Of a stretch of DNA of 64,000 nt, positions 25,069 to 38,600 are shown in pieces. The position numbers were made by a program, and so were the translations under genes. The notes beneath the pieces were generated by a model. The model saw only the letters and a program-made list of their open reading frames with translations, made no database searches and had not been told where the DNA came from. Location of the stretch: contig OZ024745.1 of the NCBI GenBank assembly GCA_964016885.1, positions 35,030,001 through 35,094,000 on the forward strand. The letters run 5' to 3'. This DNA comes from Eledone cirrhosa (taxonomy: Eukaryota). Numbering within the stretch: position 1 is the stretch's first letter; the number at the start of each line of letters is the position of its first letter.

Positions 25069-26259
25069 AGTAAAAAGATAAATCAAGAAATCAAGAAAAT
25101 GATAAACGTAACTAAACATACTGAATGAATAAACATTTCATATTTCTAATGATGCAACATTTGCATGACGTTTCATTTTCATGTCTAAGAAATAAGAAAA
25201 AAGTAGAATCTTTAGTTTTGGCTGATATTCTCTATGTTTTCATTATCCTACAAGGTCTATCAATTGATAACGAACGCTATATTTTCTCTTTAGCCATATT
25301 TTAAAGACTTTGTTAGCCAAAATATTCAAAATGTCCACGATTGGTTATTACGTCTGTTAGTTTTGATCGTCTGCTGTCGTCAATATTCTGATAAATGAAG
25401 CATTATAGGAGATAATATTCTTTTTTTAATGATTTTTTTTCTTTTCTTTGAAATGTTTACATCTGCAATTGAAATGTGGATATCTTTAAAATGATTAATT
25501 TACTCGTTTTTTAATGATATCGGTGGCGGTTATATGAGAAGTGACCCAATCTTTATACTCCAGGGATAAAAAAAAAAGGAAAATTAGCCAATCAAAAGAC
25601 AAATGTTTCCATTGATCTTTTCACGGTCGCAAATTCTGACTGAAGAAAGCGGAATTTGAACTAAAAACTCACAGAGCCGGATCAGATGTCACTTAGTATA
25701 AACTCTTAAACCACCAGTTAACTGTTTCTAGATTAGCCCTTTATTTACAGACCCGGAAAGGATAAAAGGCAAAGTTGACTATGGCAGGATTTGAGGCGGA
25801 ATAAAATACAGAATCATTTAATCTAATGTCCTAAAGACTTCATCATTTGGCCACTTATATTCTGTTAATTATACGAGATAACCAAATAATTTAAAAATCA
25901 TAGTGCCGCACGGTGATTATGTACTGGTTATCGTCAAAATATGAGTAAAATACCCGCTTAAATTTATCATCAGTTTCTTTCTCTTAATGTGAATATGCTT
26001 ATATACGATTTCCAAACACCCATCCACTTGCAAATATAATCTAAATCAGTGGTCTCCAACATTATTTTCGATTCAAACACCAAATATTACTAAAAGGGTT
26101 ATAAAGAACCATCAAATTTGATACTAGGAAGTACATACATGTATACAATTATATTTTCCTTTATGGCTAGAATTTGCAGACGTCAAAGTATTACTTAACT
26201 CAACAGACGGTGATCTCCGATATGCACCTGATAGGTTTACTGCCGATTGTTGCATGGCT

Positions 26260-26960
26260 GGAATGAAACTTAGTGACGCGAAAACTGAGACACTCGCCCT
26301 CACAAGGAAGCCTGTGCAGTGCACTCTACGAGTGAGTGGAGTTCCACTGAAGCAGGTGGAAACGTTCAAGTATCTCAGGACCGTGTTCACGAGCGATGGA
26401 AGGCAAGAGGTTGGTTAAAATATGTGCAAGAATAGCAGGAGCTCGTGCAGTAATCCACTAGCTTCAGCATTCGGTAATCAAAAGAAGTAAGGAAGGTGTA
26501 AAATCCAAACACACTATCTTCAATTCGGTATTCCTGCCAATCCTTAAATATAGTCATGAATTTGGGGGTAATGACTGAAAGAATGCGTGCACGTATAGAA
26601 GCGACCGAAATGGGGTTCCTCCGAAGGGTTCTTGGTGTAACGGTACTCGATAGAGTGCGTAGCTCGGCGATCAGAGAATCATTGCAGGTAGAGCCGCTAC
26701 TTCTCCGAATTGAGTGATCACAGCTGCAGTACTATGGGCAGGTGGTTAGAACGTCTCCAGAAAGAATCGCTAGACAGATTTTTCGTGCAGGAGACCCATG
26801 GCTGGACCCTGAGTAAGATAGTTGGATAACATGTACGAGCTCGACTGGTCCCGGGGATCCCGCCAGCTCAGTTGGAGACGGTTGCTTCTGACAGGACCCA
26901 CTGGAAGGAGTGTTTGAGGACTCTGCTCCCACGATCCCCTGAGAAATAAGTGGGCGAAGA
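26260..26960 (+). mobile_element. RTE-clade LINE 3' fragment
   Basis: KTETLAL..VPLKQVETFKYL..RIEATEMGFLRRVLGVTVLDRVRSSAIRESLQVEPLLLRIE, with frameshifts and stops. Confidence 0.85.
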
Positions 26961-27596
26961 AGAGAAAAAATTATACTATTTCATATAAGAATAACATTTT
27001 AAATTAGAATATTTAGAATATTATGATGTCATGAAGAGCTATCAAACTTTTTTCTTATAAAATCCTGCACGAGGTCACTTTTTCACCAACTCACTACCAT
27101 AGATAACGAAATACAAATTACAAGATGCTTCTGCCAATAAATAACCACGTATAAGATCTGACCTAGTAGACCTATTAACAATATGTAACGATAAAGTTTT
27201 TATAAAATAAACTTTTTAAGAAGGAAAGAAAATAGGGTATCAATAAAGACAGATTTGGCTGCTATTTCTAACAAAGGATCCTATGTGGGTTTGAAACATT
27301 CCTAGTTGATTGCAGCAGAATCGTAATGAAACTAACGCCTGATAACTATCAGCAGCTTTACTAATTAGTTACACTGCATTTCTTGAAGACAGATGATTTC
27401 CCTATGAGTACTGCTTAAATAAATGATGACAGTTTTTTTTTTTAAACAATGAGATCCTGTCATCTCTGAACAAGCGTGAATGTGTTTATACCTGACAGTT
27501 TTTATCCTTGTGTTGTGAACATTCATTTGATGGAGGATTTCAGAAAATGAATGTTTGTTCATATAAATCATGCCGGCTGTAGGATTATATAATATA

Positions 27597-27598
<2 letters not shown>

Positions 27599-27627
<29 letters not shown>

Positions 27628-28010
27628 TGTATGTATGTATGTATGTATGTATGTATGTATGTATGTATGTATGTATGTATGTTCTTCTGGTTTTATAATT
27701 TCACAAATTTTTACCAATAGCGAGAGTCGGTTTCTAACATAGACACAAGACTCTCTCATTGGAATTTACACAACATCAACTAGGTAGATTATATATGCAT
27801 GTCTGCATGTGTAGATATGGATGTTATTGTATGTGTGGATGTGTATGTTTTGAGTTGTATGTGTGCATGTGTATATGCTTTGTATCTGTACATGTGTATA
27901 TGCAGTTATTAGATGCAATATTTTTGGAATGTATGTATGTATGTATGTATGTATGTATGTATGTATGTATGTATGTATGTATGTATGTATGTATGTATGT
28001 ATGTATGTAT
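27599..28010. repeat. Two (ATGT)n microsatellites
   Basis: 27599-27681 and about 27929-28010. Confidence 0.9.
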
Positions 28011-28046
28011 ATATGTCGGATCACTCTTGAGTGCTACTAGTAACAG

Positions 28047-28105
<59 letters not shown>

Positions 28106-28107
<2 letters not shown>

Positions 28108-28534
28108 AACTCTGGATGTCGGTGAGCATGTCCAGCTAACCCCAGTCTCCTCTGTGTCACTTTTGAGCTGACTTTTGGTAGGCTCCCATACAGCTCTGAG
28201 TTTTTCATCCTCAGTGTATACTGATTAATGTTCAGAGCCATCTTCAGCATTCTCGAGTAGCACCCATCCAACATCTGAGTGAGTTTCTTGGTCAGTGTCC
28301 AAGTCTCAGACCCGTACAGCAGCACAGACTCCACCACAGCAATGTATGTCAGTGGTCCCGTGGGAGCCCCTACATGGACAGACTGGAAGAGGAAGACCAA
28401 GGTTAACGTATGTTGATGCCCTAAGGACAGACACTGGTCTGTTGGAGACGCAGGACTTGGCAGCGATAATGAGGGACAGAGACCGCTGGAGAGAACTCGT
28501 CCATGTATCTCGGGAATTTTACCCGCCCTAGATG
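28106..28534 (+). mobile_element. 5'-inverted RTE-like LINE 3' end within (TA)n
   Basis: 28106-28350 on minus encodes VESVLLYGSETWTLTK..LDGCYSRML..RRLGLAGHAHRHPELT. 28352-28531 on plus encodes VVPWEPLHG..GRPRLTYVD..MRDRDRWR. Confidence 0.85.
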
Positions 28535-28545
28535 ATATATATACT

Positions 28546-28657
<112 letters not shown>

Positions 28658-28849
28658 GTATAGGATTATCCAAGATGCAGTGATGGTTAATTACTACACT
28701 GGATATGGTTGACGTACGGTAAGAGGTTACTCTACGAGTTATGGAAGAATTGTTCAAGAAACTAAGTTCCTGATCCTTCAGTATTCCGGAGTGTATATAT
28801 AGAATGAATAATAACAGGTAGACATCATAAAAAGGTAGTTTATTCCGTG

Positions 28850-28961
28850 TGCTTACAAGTGTTTCCACGGTGGTACTGCAGCCTAGTTCCGCTACGTGCA
28901 AATTCACAAGTATTTGCAGAACTCGAATATCCAATGCTGTGACCACTGTTTCCTCAGAGCA
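28850..28961 (-). ncRNA. Type I hammerhead ribozyme (mirror of 31125-31236)
   Basis: Reverse complement copy in the left palindrome arm. Confidence 0.65.
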
Positions 28962-31124
28962 GAATGGTAAATATACAATGTAAAAACCCTTAAGTGGGGT
29001 TGTTGGGGAAGATAGAGTGGAACAGGAAGAGAGAAAAGTAGGGAAGATGGAGAGAGAAGGAAAGATATGCAGGGGTTGGAGAAGTAGGAGAGAGTGGCTT
29101 GTAGATATCTTAATCAAAATGTTATGGTAGGGGTTTTATTAGTTACTTTTGGAGAGATGCGTAGATAGTTGAGGTCGGAATTATTTATTGTCCCAGAGGT
29201 CAAGTTCATAAATGTTGAGAGGGAGGTAGGTCAAAGGTGAGAGAGAGAGAGTGTAATGGATGTAGAGAGAGATATATAGGTAGAGAGGGGACAGATAAAG
29301 TATATGTGGTGAGTGAACTTTTGGTTTTGTAGTAGTAATCTAGGAATTGTACTGAGTTACCATGTATAGTGATAAGCAGTGTATTGTCTTGTAGTGTGGG
29401 GGAGAGGAGAAGGTTGTTAGCTAGAAAGTGGTGTTGTAGTTACGGGTTCGAATGTTAAGTTATTTTATAGTGAGAGAATTTAGCTTTTAGTTTGTGGTTG
29501 CAGTATAATGATCGTTCAATTCTATCGTTAAGTAGTTTGTTTTTGGATTTTAGTATGTAAAATAGCTCAAGGTTACATAACCTGCAGTACTTCAAACCAC
29601 TCCGATATGCATTTGCGCTGGAAAGTATATCCCATTTTAAGGTGAACTGTTGGTTGTGTTCACGGAGTTGCCAGGTCTTGTTGGCGAGCGTGGTCACAAA
29701 ACGGTGATTCTGATGTTTGATTGAGAATCGATGACGGTACCAGCGAGATTTAAACGATGTGGTGGTAGATCCGATATAATACCATTACTGGTCGTCCGAT
29801 TCAACCGTGCATTGGTAAACAATGTTGGACTTTAGGCATTCATTCTGCAATGGACATCTTTCAGGTAGATGGCAGTTACATGCTTTGTTGTGGGTAGCGG
29901 GTATACCTTGGATAGGTTGTGATAGCGGTACAGGTGGGTTGTGCAATATCCGTCTCCCATTTAGTGGTTGGGAGGCAGATATTGCGTTCTGCCCACCTGT
30001 TACTAAAATGTTTTGTTTTGTAGAGTTGTTTAATTGCCTTAAGTTAAGGCAATTAAACAACTCTACAAAACAAAACATTTTAGTAACAGGTGGGCAGAAC
30101 GCAATATCTGCCTCCCAACCACTAAATGGGAGACGGATATTGCACAACCCACCTGTACCGCTATCACAACCTATCCAAGGTATACCCGCTACCCACAACA
30201 AAGCATGTAACTGCCATCTACCTGAAAGATGTCCATTGCAGAATGAATGCCTAAAGTCCAACATTGTTTACCAATGCACGGTTGAATCGGACGACCAGTA
30301 ATGGTATTATATCGGATCTACCACCACATCGTTTAAATCTCGCTGGTACCGTCATCGATTCTCAATCAAACATCAGAATCACCGTTTTGTGACCACGCTC
30401 GCCAACAAGACCTGGCAACTCCGTGAACACAACCAACAGTTCACCTTAAAATGGGATATACTTTCCAGCGCAAATGCATATCGGAGTGGTTTGAAGTACT
30501 GCAGGTTATGTAACCTTGAGCTATTTTACATACTAAAATCCAAAAACAAACTACTTAACGATAGAATTGAACGATCATTATACTGCAACCACAAACTAAA
30601 AGCTAAATTCTCTCACTATAAAATAACTTAACATTCGAACCCGTAACTACAACACCACTTTCTAGCTAACAACCTTCTCCTCTCCCCCACACTACAAGAC
30701 AATACACTGCTTATCACTATACATGGTAACTCAGTACAATTCCTAGATTACTACTACAAAACCAAAAGTTCACTCACCACATATACTTTATCTGTCCCCT
30801 CTCTACCTATATATCTCTCTCTACATCCATTACACTCTCTCTCTCTCACCTTTGACCTACCTCCCTCTCAACATTTATGAACTTGACCTCTGGGACAATA
30901 AATAATTCCGACCTCAACTATCTACGCATCTCTCCAAAAGTAACTAATAAAACCCCTACCATAACATTTTGATTAAGATATCTACAAGCCACTCTCTCCT
31001 ACTTCTCCAACCCCTGCATATCTTTCCTTCTCTCTCCATCTTCCCTACTTTTCTCTCTTCCTGTTCCACTCTATCTTCCCCAACAACCCCACTTAAGGGT
31101 TTTTACATTGTATATTTACCATTC

Positions 31125-31236
31125 TGCTCTGAGGAAACAGTGGTCACAGCATTGGATATTCGAGTTCTGCAAATACTTGTGAATTTGCACGTAGCGGAAC
31201 TAGGCTGCAGTACCACCGTGGAAACACTTGTAAGCA
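31125..31236 (+). ncRNA. Type I hammerhead ribozyme with extended stem II
   Basis: tgct-CTGAGGA-aacagtggt...accaccgtg-GAAAC-actt-GTA-agca. The base of stem II has mismatches. Confidence 0.65.
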
Positions 31237-31279
31237 CACGGAATAAACTACCTTTTTATGATGTCTACCTGTTATTATT

Positions 31280-31356
<77 letters not shown>

Positions 31357-31482
31357 TGTATATATAGTGTATTTTGCAATACACTGTATGCTTAATAAAA
31401 AGCATTTTGAAGAAATTAAGCTATTGTTTTAGAGTAGTGACAGACTCACTTGCTTTAATTTCAGCAAACAGGGGGAGATAAA

Positions 31483-31526
31483 GCTGACAAGGCCTTGTTT
31501 CTGCATTTATTGATGCTTATCAAAGC
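31483..31526 (-). ncRNA. Minimal type I hammerhead, U3:A8 core
   Basis: Minus strand: gct-TTGATAA-gcat caataa atgc-a-GAAAC-aaggcctt-GTC-agc. Confidence 0.7.
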
Positions 31527-31873
31527 CAACTACTCCTCCCGTCTGCTGAAATATCCCGGATGTTTGGTTCTTATAGAATTCTAGTAAATAATCAGGAACT
31601 GATTATACAGAGCGGTTGCCGGTCAAGCAGAAATAAAAAATTAGAATTGTTGCTCTGAAATAGCTATATATATATGAATGTATATATAGTATATTTTGCA
31701 ATACACTGTATGCTTAATAAAAAGCATTTTGAAGACCTTAAGCTATTGTTTTAGAGTAGCTATTGTTTTAGAGTAGCTATTTCAGAGCAACAATTCTAAT
31801 TTTTAATTTCTGCTTGACCAGCAACCGCTCTGTATAATCAGTTTCTGATTATTTACTAGAGTAGGAGTAGTTG

Positions 31874-31917
31874 GCTTTGATGAGCATCAATAAATGCAGA
31901 AACAAGGCCTTGTCAGC
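31874..31917 (+). ncRNA. Minimal type I hammerhead (U3.G8 variant of 31483-31526)
   Basis: gct-TTGATGA-gcat..atgc-a-GAAAC-aaggcctt-GTC-agc. Confidence 0.6.
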
Positions 31918-32080
31918 TTTATCTCCCCCTGTTTGCTGAAATTAAAGCAAGTGAGTCTGTCACTACTCTAAAACAATAGCTTAAGGTCTTCAAAATGCTT
32001 TTTATTAAGCATACAGTGTATTGCAAAATACACTATATATACATTCATATATATATAGCTATTTCAGAGCAACAATTCTA

Positions 32081-32135
<55 letters not shown>

Positions 32136-32869
32136 TGTAATAAACAACATAAGGCAATTATTTCATTTACCAGTGGTTTCTTGAAAGCAAACACACACAC
32201 ATATATATATATATATATTTTGAGTATATGTTGGTTGTTTATCTATAATTTATAATAAACGAAGCCAAATTTTACATATTTGACTTAATTATTTTATATA
32301 TATATATATATATATAGGATCGATCGACTTTCGTCAAATCTGACCGAGGAAACAATGTTTTCGTCGGTCTTCCAAGTTGCTAGTACTATCTATCGGTCGC
32401 AACTCCAAGTATATATACAGGTAGACCACCAGTTAAGGTATTGTAACTGGTAGGTCTCGAATTATCCTGAAATGAACACTCAACATCCTGAAGCATCCCA
32501 GATTACATCTGGTGGTCCAGGTGGTGTATATGCAGTAAAGAATAAGTATGCAACATCGGTTTTTACAATAATTTATTCGGAAATGTTCCATTGCAAATGT
32601 TTCGGTGGATTTGACGACCATGCAGTGTGTTGGTTACATAGTATCATTCAGGCCTCTTCAGATGGTCTTCCAAACATTATTTCTATTGACCCCTCATTCT
32701 CATATGAGTTTTGCTCATTGTCCTTATTGTACCCACTGTTGTTAGCACTTAACATTCATATAGTGTATTTACTTTTTGTCACAGTACAAAATTGAAGACT
32801 TACACTTTAGAGAATGAAGAAAAGTACAGTGCATATTTTAAAAGAAATATTATAAATTACTCGGTGAAT

Positions 32870-34000
32870 AATTTTGAAAAAAGTTTCAGAAAAATTTTAA
32901 AGACAGTTTCAATAAATATTTGAGGAATACTTTTGAGAAACCTTTTAACTGAATGTTCGATGAAACATTTTGAGGAAAATTTTGAAAATTTTTGGAAAGA
33001 TTTTGCATAATTTTGAGAAAAATATTAAAGAAAATTTAAGTGAATATCTTAGAAAGTTTTGATGAATATTTTTGAGAAATGCTTAAAGATGAAAGATTTG
33101 AAAAATTTGGAGAAACATTTTCGTGTGAATTTGTGGTGAAAATACTTTGATAAAATTTAAAATAAATATTTGAAGAAAATAATTGAAACATTTTGATTAA
33201 AAGTTTTTGAGAATGTTTTCAAGAATTGTTTTGAAATTTCTGGGAAAGGTCTTGAATAATTTTGAGAAAAATTTAAAAAGAAATTACGGTAAATAATTTT
33301 GCTAAATTTTTTAGTAATATTTTGAGAAACCTTATAAGAAAATGTTTGATGAAATATTTTGGAAACGTTTTGATAAGTTTTCAAAAATATTTTTCAGAAA
33401 AATTTTGAAAAGATTAAAATAATTTTGTCGAAATTTCTAGTAATTTTTGAGGAAATTTTGGAGAAAAATTATAACAAATTGGGGGAAAATTTTATAGAAG
33501 TTTTGTGAAAGTATTTTGAAAACATTTTGATAAAATTTAAAGAAAAATTTTGGGAAATTATTTAAAATTATTTGAAACACTTTTGAGAAAAGGTTTGAAA
33601 ATTTTTGGAAAATTAAAAATAATTTTGAGAAAAATGTTCATTGTTAACATTTTTAGGAATATTTTTGAGAAACGTATTAAGAAAATATTTGATTAAATTA
33701 AAAAAAAACAATTTTTGAAAATGTTTGAGAAAAGATTTTGAGAAAAGTTTTGAAAGATTTTCAGAAAGGTTTTGAAAATTTTTGTGAAAAGATTTCCAGA
33801 AAGGTTTTGAAAAAATTTGAGAAAAGATTTTCAGAAAGGTTTTGAAAAATTTTGTTAATAATTTTGAGAGAATTTTTGTTGAAACATTTTATAAAATGTT
33901 GCCAAAATGTTTTCTAGTATAATTTCAGAAAGATTTTGACAAAAATTTTGAAACATTTTAGGAAAGTTTTGTGAGAATGTTTGGTGTAATTGTTTCGAAA
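32870..34000. repeat. Degenerate AT-rich short-period satellite-like tract
   Basis: Recurring ttttgagaaa/ttttgaaaa words over about 1.1 kb. Confidence 0.75.
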
Positions 34001-34009
34001 ACATTATCA

Positions 34010-34957
34010 TCTGTATATATAAAACTGTGGTTGTCTGTCTGTCTATCGATTTTTGGCACACATCTCCTCTTAGATTCTCTGACGGAATTGCACCGAAATT
34101 GCTATACTTGTACATTGAGCCCTAGCGAAGACATCGGAAAAAAAATATTTCAAATTGACCCACCCTATGTGACGAAATCGAATATAATGTATCGATTTTT
34201 GAGCGTAAGTTATCAGTTATTTCCCTTTGTTCTGTTTACATTGAGCGTCTTACGTAAAAAATTACGCTGGCTTTCTCAGCGTTTAAAATGACATTAACAC
34301 AATACACGAACAGTTGTCGAGCCAGCAAAATATTGACCTGCAAAATTCATCAGTTCGAACACTAAGCTTCCGTTTTGCTTCATTTCCATTTAAAAGCATT
34401 TTAAAACAATATTTTTACTTGAAAACAAGTCTATTTAAAGACTACGTAAAACAAGCAAATATTTCGTCGTTAGGCGTGCAGACAGACAGTCGTGCAGACA
34501 GACAGTCGTGCAGAGAGGTGATATACGCGTGCAGACAGACAGTCGTGCAGAGAGGTGATATAGGCGTGCAGACAGACAGTCGTGCAGAGAGGTGATATAG
34601 GCGTGCAGACAGACAGTCGTGCAGAGAGGTGATATAGGCGTGCAGACAGACATAACTGATAATTTGGTTACGCTAATGTTTTTCTCTGCGTTGCAGTGTT
34701 TACATTTTCGATCTTTGTTAATAAATAACCAGTGCAGTTTCTATCCCCAGCATCCTCTTTTGTTATAACATTCGGGTTATCGTTATGTTTTCTTAACTTC
34801 ATAAGGCATATTGTTGGTTGAGGGAATATTAATCAAAAACACCACATGCAAGTCTGCACAGTAGACACTACAGTTTTTAAGCCAAGAAAGAAACTTAACA
34901 TTGTAACTTTAACACAGCTACTGAGCGACCCCGAGCAACGCCGGGCTTTACTGCTAG
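34010..34957 (+). mobile_element. Non-autonomous Helitron with internal minisatellite
   Basis: A|TCtgtatatataaaactg start and cccgagcaacgccgggctttactgCTAG|T end. Confidence 0.85.
34472..34651. repeat. 37-bp minisatellite, about 4.5 copies
   Basis: Unit aggcgtgcagacagacagtcgtgcagagaggtgatat, with starts at 34562 and 34599. Confidence 0.9.
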
Positions 34958-35029
34958 TACAATATAAACGAAAAAAATTGAGGAAAATAATTGTAACAGA
35001 CGCAAGTTTTATTATTTGCTTTAATAATC

Positions 35030-35660
35030 CTTCATGAAAATGGAAGTTACGAAAGAGCACATATCATGTTTTAAGAGTTAAAAAAAGGCAATGGTTCTAT
35101 GGATACTGTAAGAAATATGCAAAATGTGAATGGTGAAGGTGTTTTGAATATTCGTAAGTGCCAACGAATTCAATAAATTTTGATAAGGAAACTTCAAATT
35201 TGGAAGATGGCCACTACTCTGGGTGTCTTGTCTCTTTTGATAATGATATTCTGAAAGCCGATGTTGAAAAAAATCCCCATACAACTGTTAAAGAGTTAAC
35301 AAAAGAGGTTAATTTAATGTCATCAACCGTCCGTTCTCATTTACAGGAACTTGGAATAGTCTCTAATCTTGATAGGAGGATTCCACATGTACTGAGTGAA
35401 AACAATCAAAGAGAACGCGCCAATATCTGCACTACTGTTCATCCTCGGGAGTGTAAGTCTCCATTTTTGAACTGTTTAATAACCGATTATAAAAAGTAGA
35501 TACTCTATAAGAATGCTAAACGCCGACGGCAGTGGGTTCAATCAGGATAACAAGCAAAACCTCATCTGAAACAAGATTTTCATTCACAGCGTTTGGTGGG
35601 ATATGACGGGTGTAATACACTTTGAAACTTTTCCACAAAATCCGACCATCACAACTTCAC
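35030..35660 (+). pseudogene. Mariner transposase relic (HTH to start of the catalytic domain)
   Basis: NLEDGHYSG..VEKNPHTTVKEL..STVRSHLQELG..RIPHVLSE (WVPHEL-like)..FLNCLITDYKK* (TGDEKW-like). Confidence 0.85.
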
Positions 35661-38600
35661 GACAGTGTTTCATTTTATAGTAACATCGTTGATTCCTCTA
35701 TGTTTAAATTTTAGTAGAAATTGAAGTAGAATTCATTTTATTATTCGATTTGAATGAATATGTTGTGTATATCTTTTTTGAAAGTATGTTTTGAAAGCAT
35801 GTTAGCTTAATATAGGCTATTTCAACGCAGGTTTTTGACTATAAAAATAGTCGAACTAGTTGGACATATAAGCCCCGAGAAACGGAAAAAGGGGTCGGTA
35901 TTGCTTGTGAGATTCGAACTAACACACACTATATGCCAGACGGCTACACTACCCTTACATTGATGTGAGACTGACCACTTACCCATCATTTATAAGTTTT
36001 ATCTTTCGGTCAGTAGATGTATACAGAGAATCGGTCGTATTCATGAAATGAATCATCGATTCTCTTTCAATTTTGAAAGTATGTAAGCTGCTTCAATGTA
36101 GGTTTTTGACTTATAGGTGGACCTTATAAAGGTTTTGTTAAATATCTTGTCGTGTCTGTTATGTAATGACAAAGTCAGCAGTGATATTTCAATAGAAGAT
36201 TTTCCGTTTCACTATTATTTCTAAATATTAAGATGGAGTTCCATGTAGAAACATAACACTTGTTCGCAAGCATATTTAAATTCAATACGTCTCACACCCA
36301 ATCCTGATTCTAGTTGAACAAAATACTCGAAAAAATATAGGTCGGTCATAACTTGAATGTGACCACAAGCCTGTTCAATCAAAGCCGACGTAGGGCTTAA
36401 CAACAATCCGAACTGGTTGCTGACGTCTTCCGATACTTTTAGCAACCGAAGCAAATATTCTTAATTCAATGATATTCGAAGACATTATAATTGACTTTAT
36501 CCCGTTATGAATATTTATTCCCACTTTCACTGATACCTCAGCGCCACAATGTTATTCACCTCCATATAACCCTTACTATCTGAATCGGATCAGCACTCGC
36601 AATCATTAAATCTGATTTAAATCTAGCTATTTCAGAAAATTTAGAATGAAAGTTTAACATTTCACCTCCTTTTCAATTACTATCGTTTCATCTCGATACG
36701 TACTTTCTATTACTGTTTCAGTCTAACATGGTTCTCGGAGATTACAAATTTTGATATGATTATAACCTTCTTAGAATATAATGGATCTTTCCAATTTTAC
36801 ATCATGTAAAATGAAATATATGGTCCACTCGAAATGAAAATTCTTCCAATTACTTCATAACTCAAAGCAAATTATTTAACAAATGTGGTTTACATACAAA
36901 GATCAATAAAGACAAGCTTTCAGTCTTTTTAAGCAATGGAAATATGTTTATTTCGAGTTAATGATGCCGATTTTCCAAGCACTTAATATTTAACCCCCAA
37001 CAAACTTGTTGATCCACGAAGAAGGAAACAAATACATTTTATTTGTAACTAAAGAAAATACGATGTTTGTTGTATAATATTCATAGACATTCGTGTCTAT
37101 GAATACTAGGCACTGAAAGTGAGCCGTGAACTCCTTTTCAGAAGAAGCTTTATACTGAACGGCTACACTCTTATATAATGTGAAACTATCTGTGTTTTTC
37201 GTCCTTTCGGCGTCGATGAAGAAAGTATCAATAAATACGCGACTCGATTCTTCTCTTTCTTACTCTCTATCTCGCAATTTTTTCTCTCTCTCTTTCTCTC
37301 AAACTTTCTCCACCTCCCACTCTCTCCACCCCTCTCTTCTTCTGTCCCTCACCCTTTCTTTATCCATGTTTCCCTCTCTTTATCTGAATGAAGAACCCTG
37401 CACCACGAAAAAGGTCGTTGGATACAATTCAGAAAGTTTTACGTTTTATCCTCCTGAAATACAGCAGGAAGGTTGAGCAAGGGACTATAACCCTCTTAAC
37501 ATAAAAAAAGAGACTCATATGCTATTGAAAGCCCCCACGAGTGGTCCGAAGTGGAGTACTGTAAATAACAGTCTAAGAATGTTGTTGAAAATGTAACATA
37601 TAAGATTGTTTAAAATGTATATAATGTAGCAGAAAACATAGCATACATTGTTGTATACATTGATAAAAAAACAAAAATGAAATGAATTGAATGTAAAAGT
37701 GTAATAAGTATGAATATGGCTTGAAATAAATTTTCCCGCGAATCAGACACTACTAAAGAAAAATGATGGAAGCATTGCATAACGTAGGGCTAAATATAAA
37801 GAAACGACGAGTAGATGTACATGGATAGTTAAATCTTTTGATATTAAACAGGATGAAACCACCCGTGGTTCTACAATACTAAGCTGTTTATTTTTTATTA
37901 ATACTTATATAAAAACCTTTCTTCATAATTTTATGTAAAAGCCTTTGTTCCAGACATCAATATTAATAAATCCCCCCAAATTCTTGATTATTTTGAAACT
38001 AAATTCAAAATTATAGACAGTGTCTTTCATTAGAAATTTAGTAACCAAAAGGTTAATCAGAACCAGTCTGAGATTAAATAACGACTTGAAGCTAGTTCGA
38101 ACTCGTGACAGCTGAGACGAAAGAATAATGACACTACTCTATCCTATCGGCCTTTAAGGTATCTATGGAAATAGCTCAATAAGCACATTATATATTTATT
38201 GCATGTAGTCTCTAATAAGTGAATAGTTTTCATAAAAAACGAGAACATTTACACGGAACTAATTAAGGAAACATTGAGCCTAATTAGTTTAACTTCAGAA
38301 TACTCATTTACACATGCGTTCATAACGTGTCACTAATTTAGATATTAACAACAACAACAAACAAGAATAAATAATAAATAACAACACCAAAAACAACAAA
38401 ATACAACAATAAAAACAACATAAACAAAAATAATAATCAATTAGAAAATTAAAAGTGTCAAAATCATGAAATAACACTTTGAAATCGCATCACTTTTAAG
38501 CTGTCATAAAACATTGATATTTCGAATTTGCATAGCACTATACATATGTTAACTAGCCTTAAGTAGAAGATAAACGAAGCAGCAACAATATTTAAGTAGA

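Larger units (their letters stand above)
31352..32083. mobile_element. ORF-less 322-bp unit in direct and inverted arrangement (PLE pLTR / retrozyme-like)
   Basis: The unit start at 31352 recurs at 31674. 31775-32083 is its reverse complement with a deletion. Flanked by (TA)n. Confidence 0.75.

Noticed and set aside
29822-30043. N-terminal half of the 159-aa ORFs
   Set aside because: It is antisense read-through across the palindrome centre.
34472-34651. 37-bp repeats as a CRISPR array
   Set aside because: There are no unique spacers, and it is a minisatellite inside a eukaryotic Helitron.
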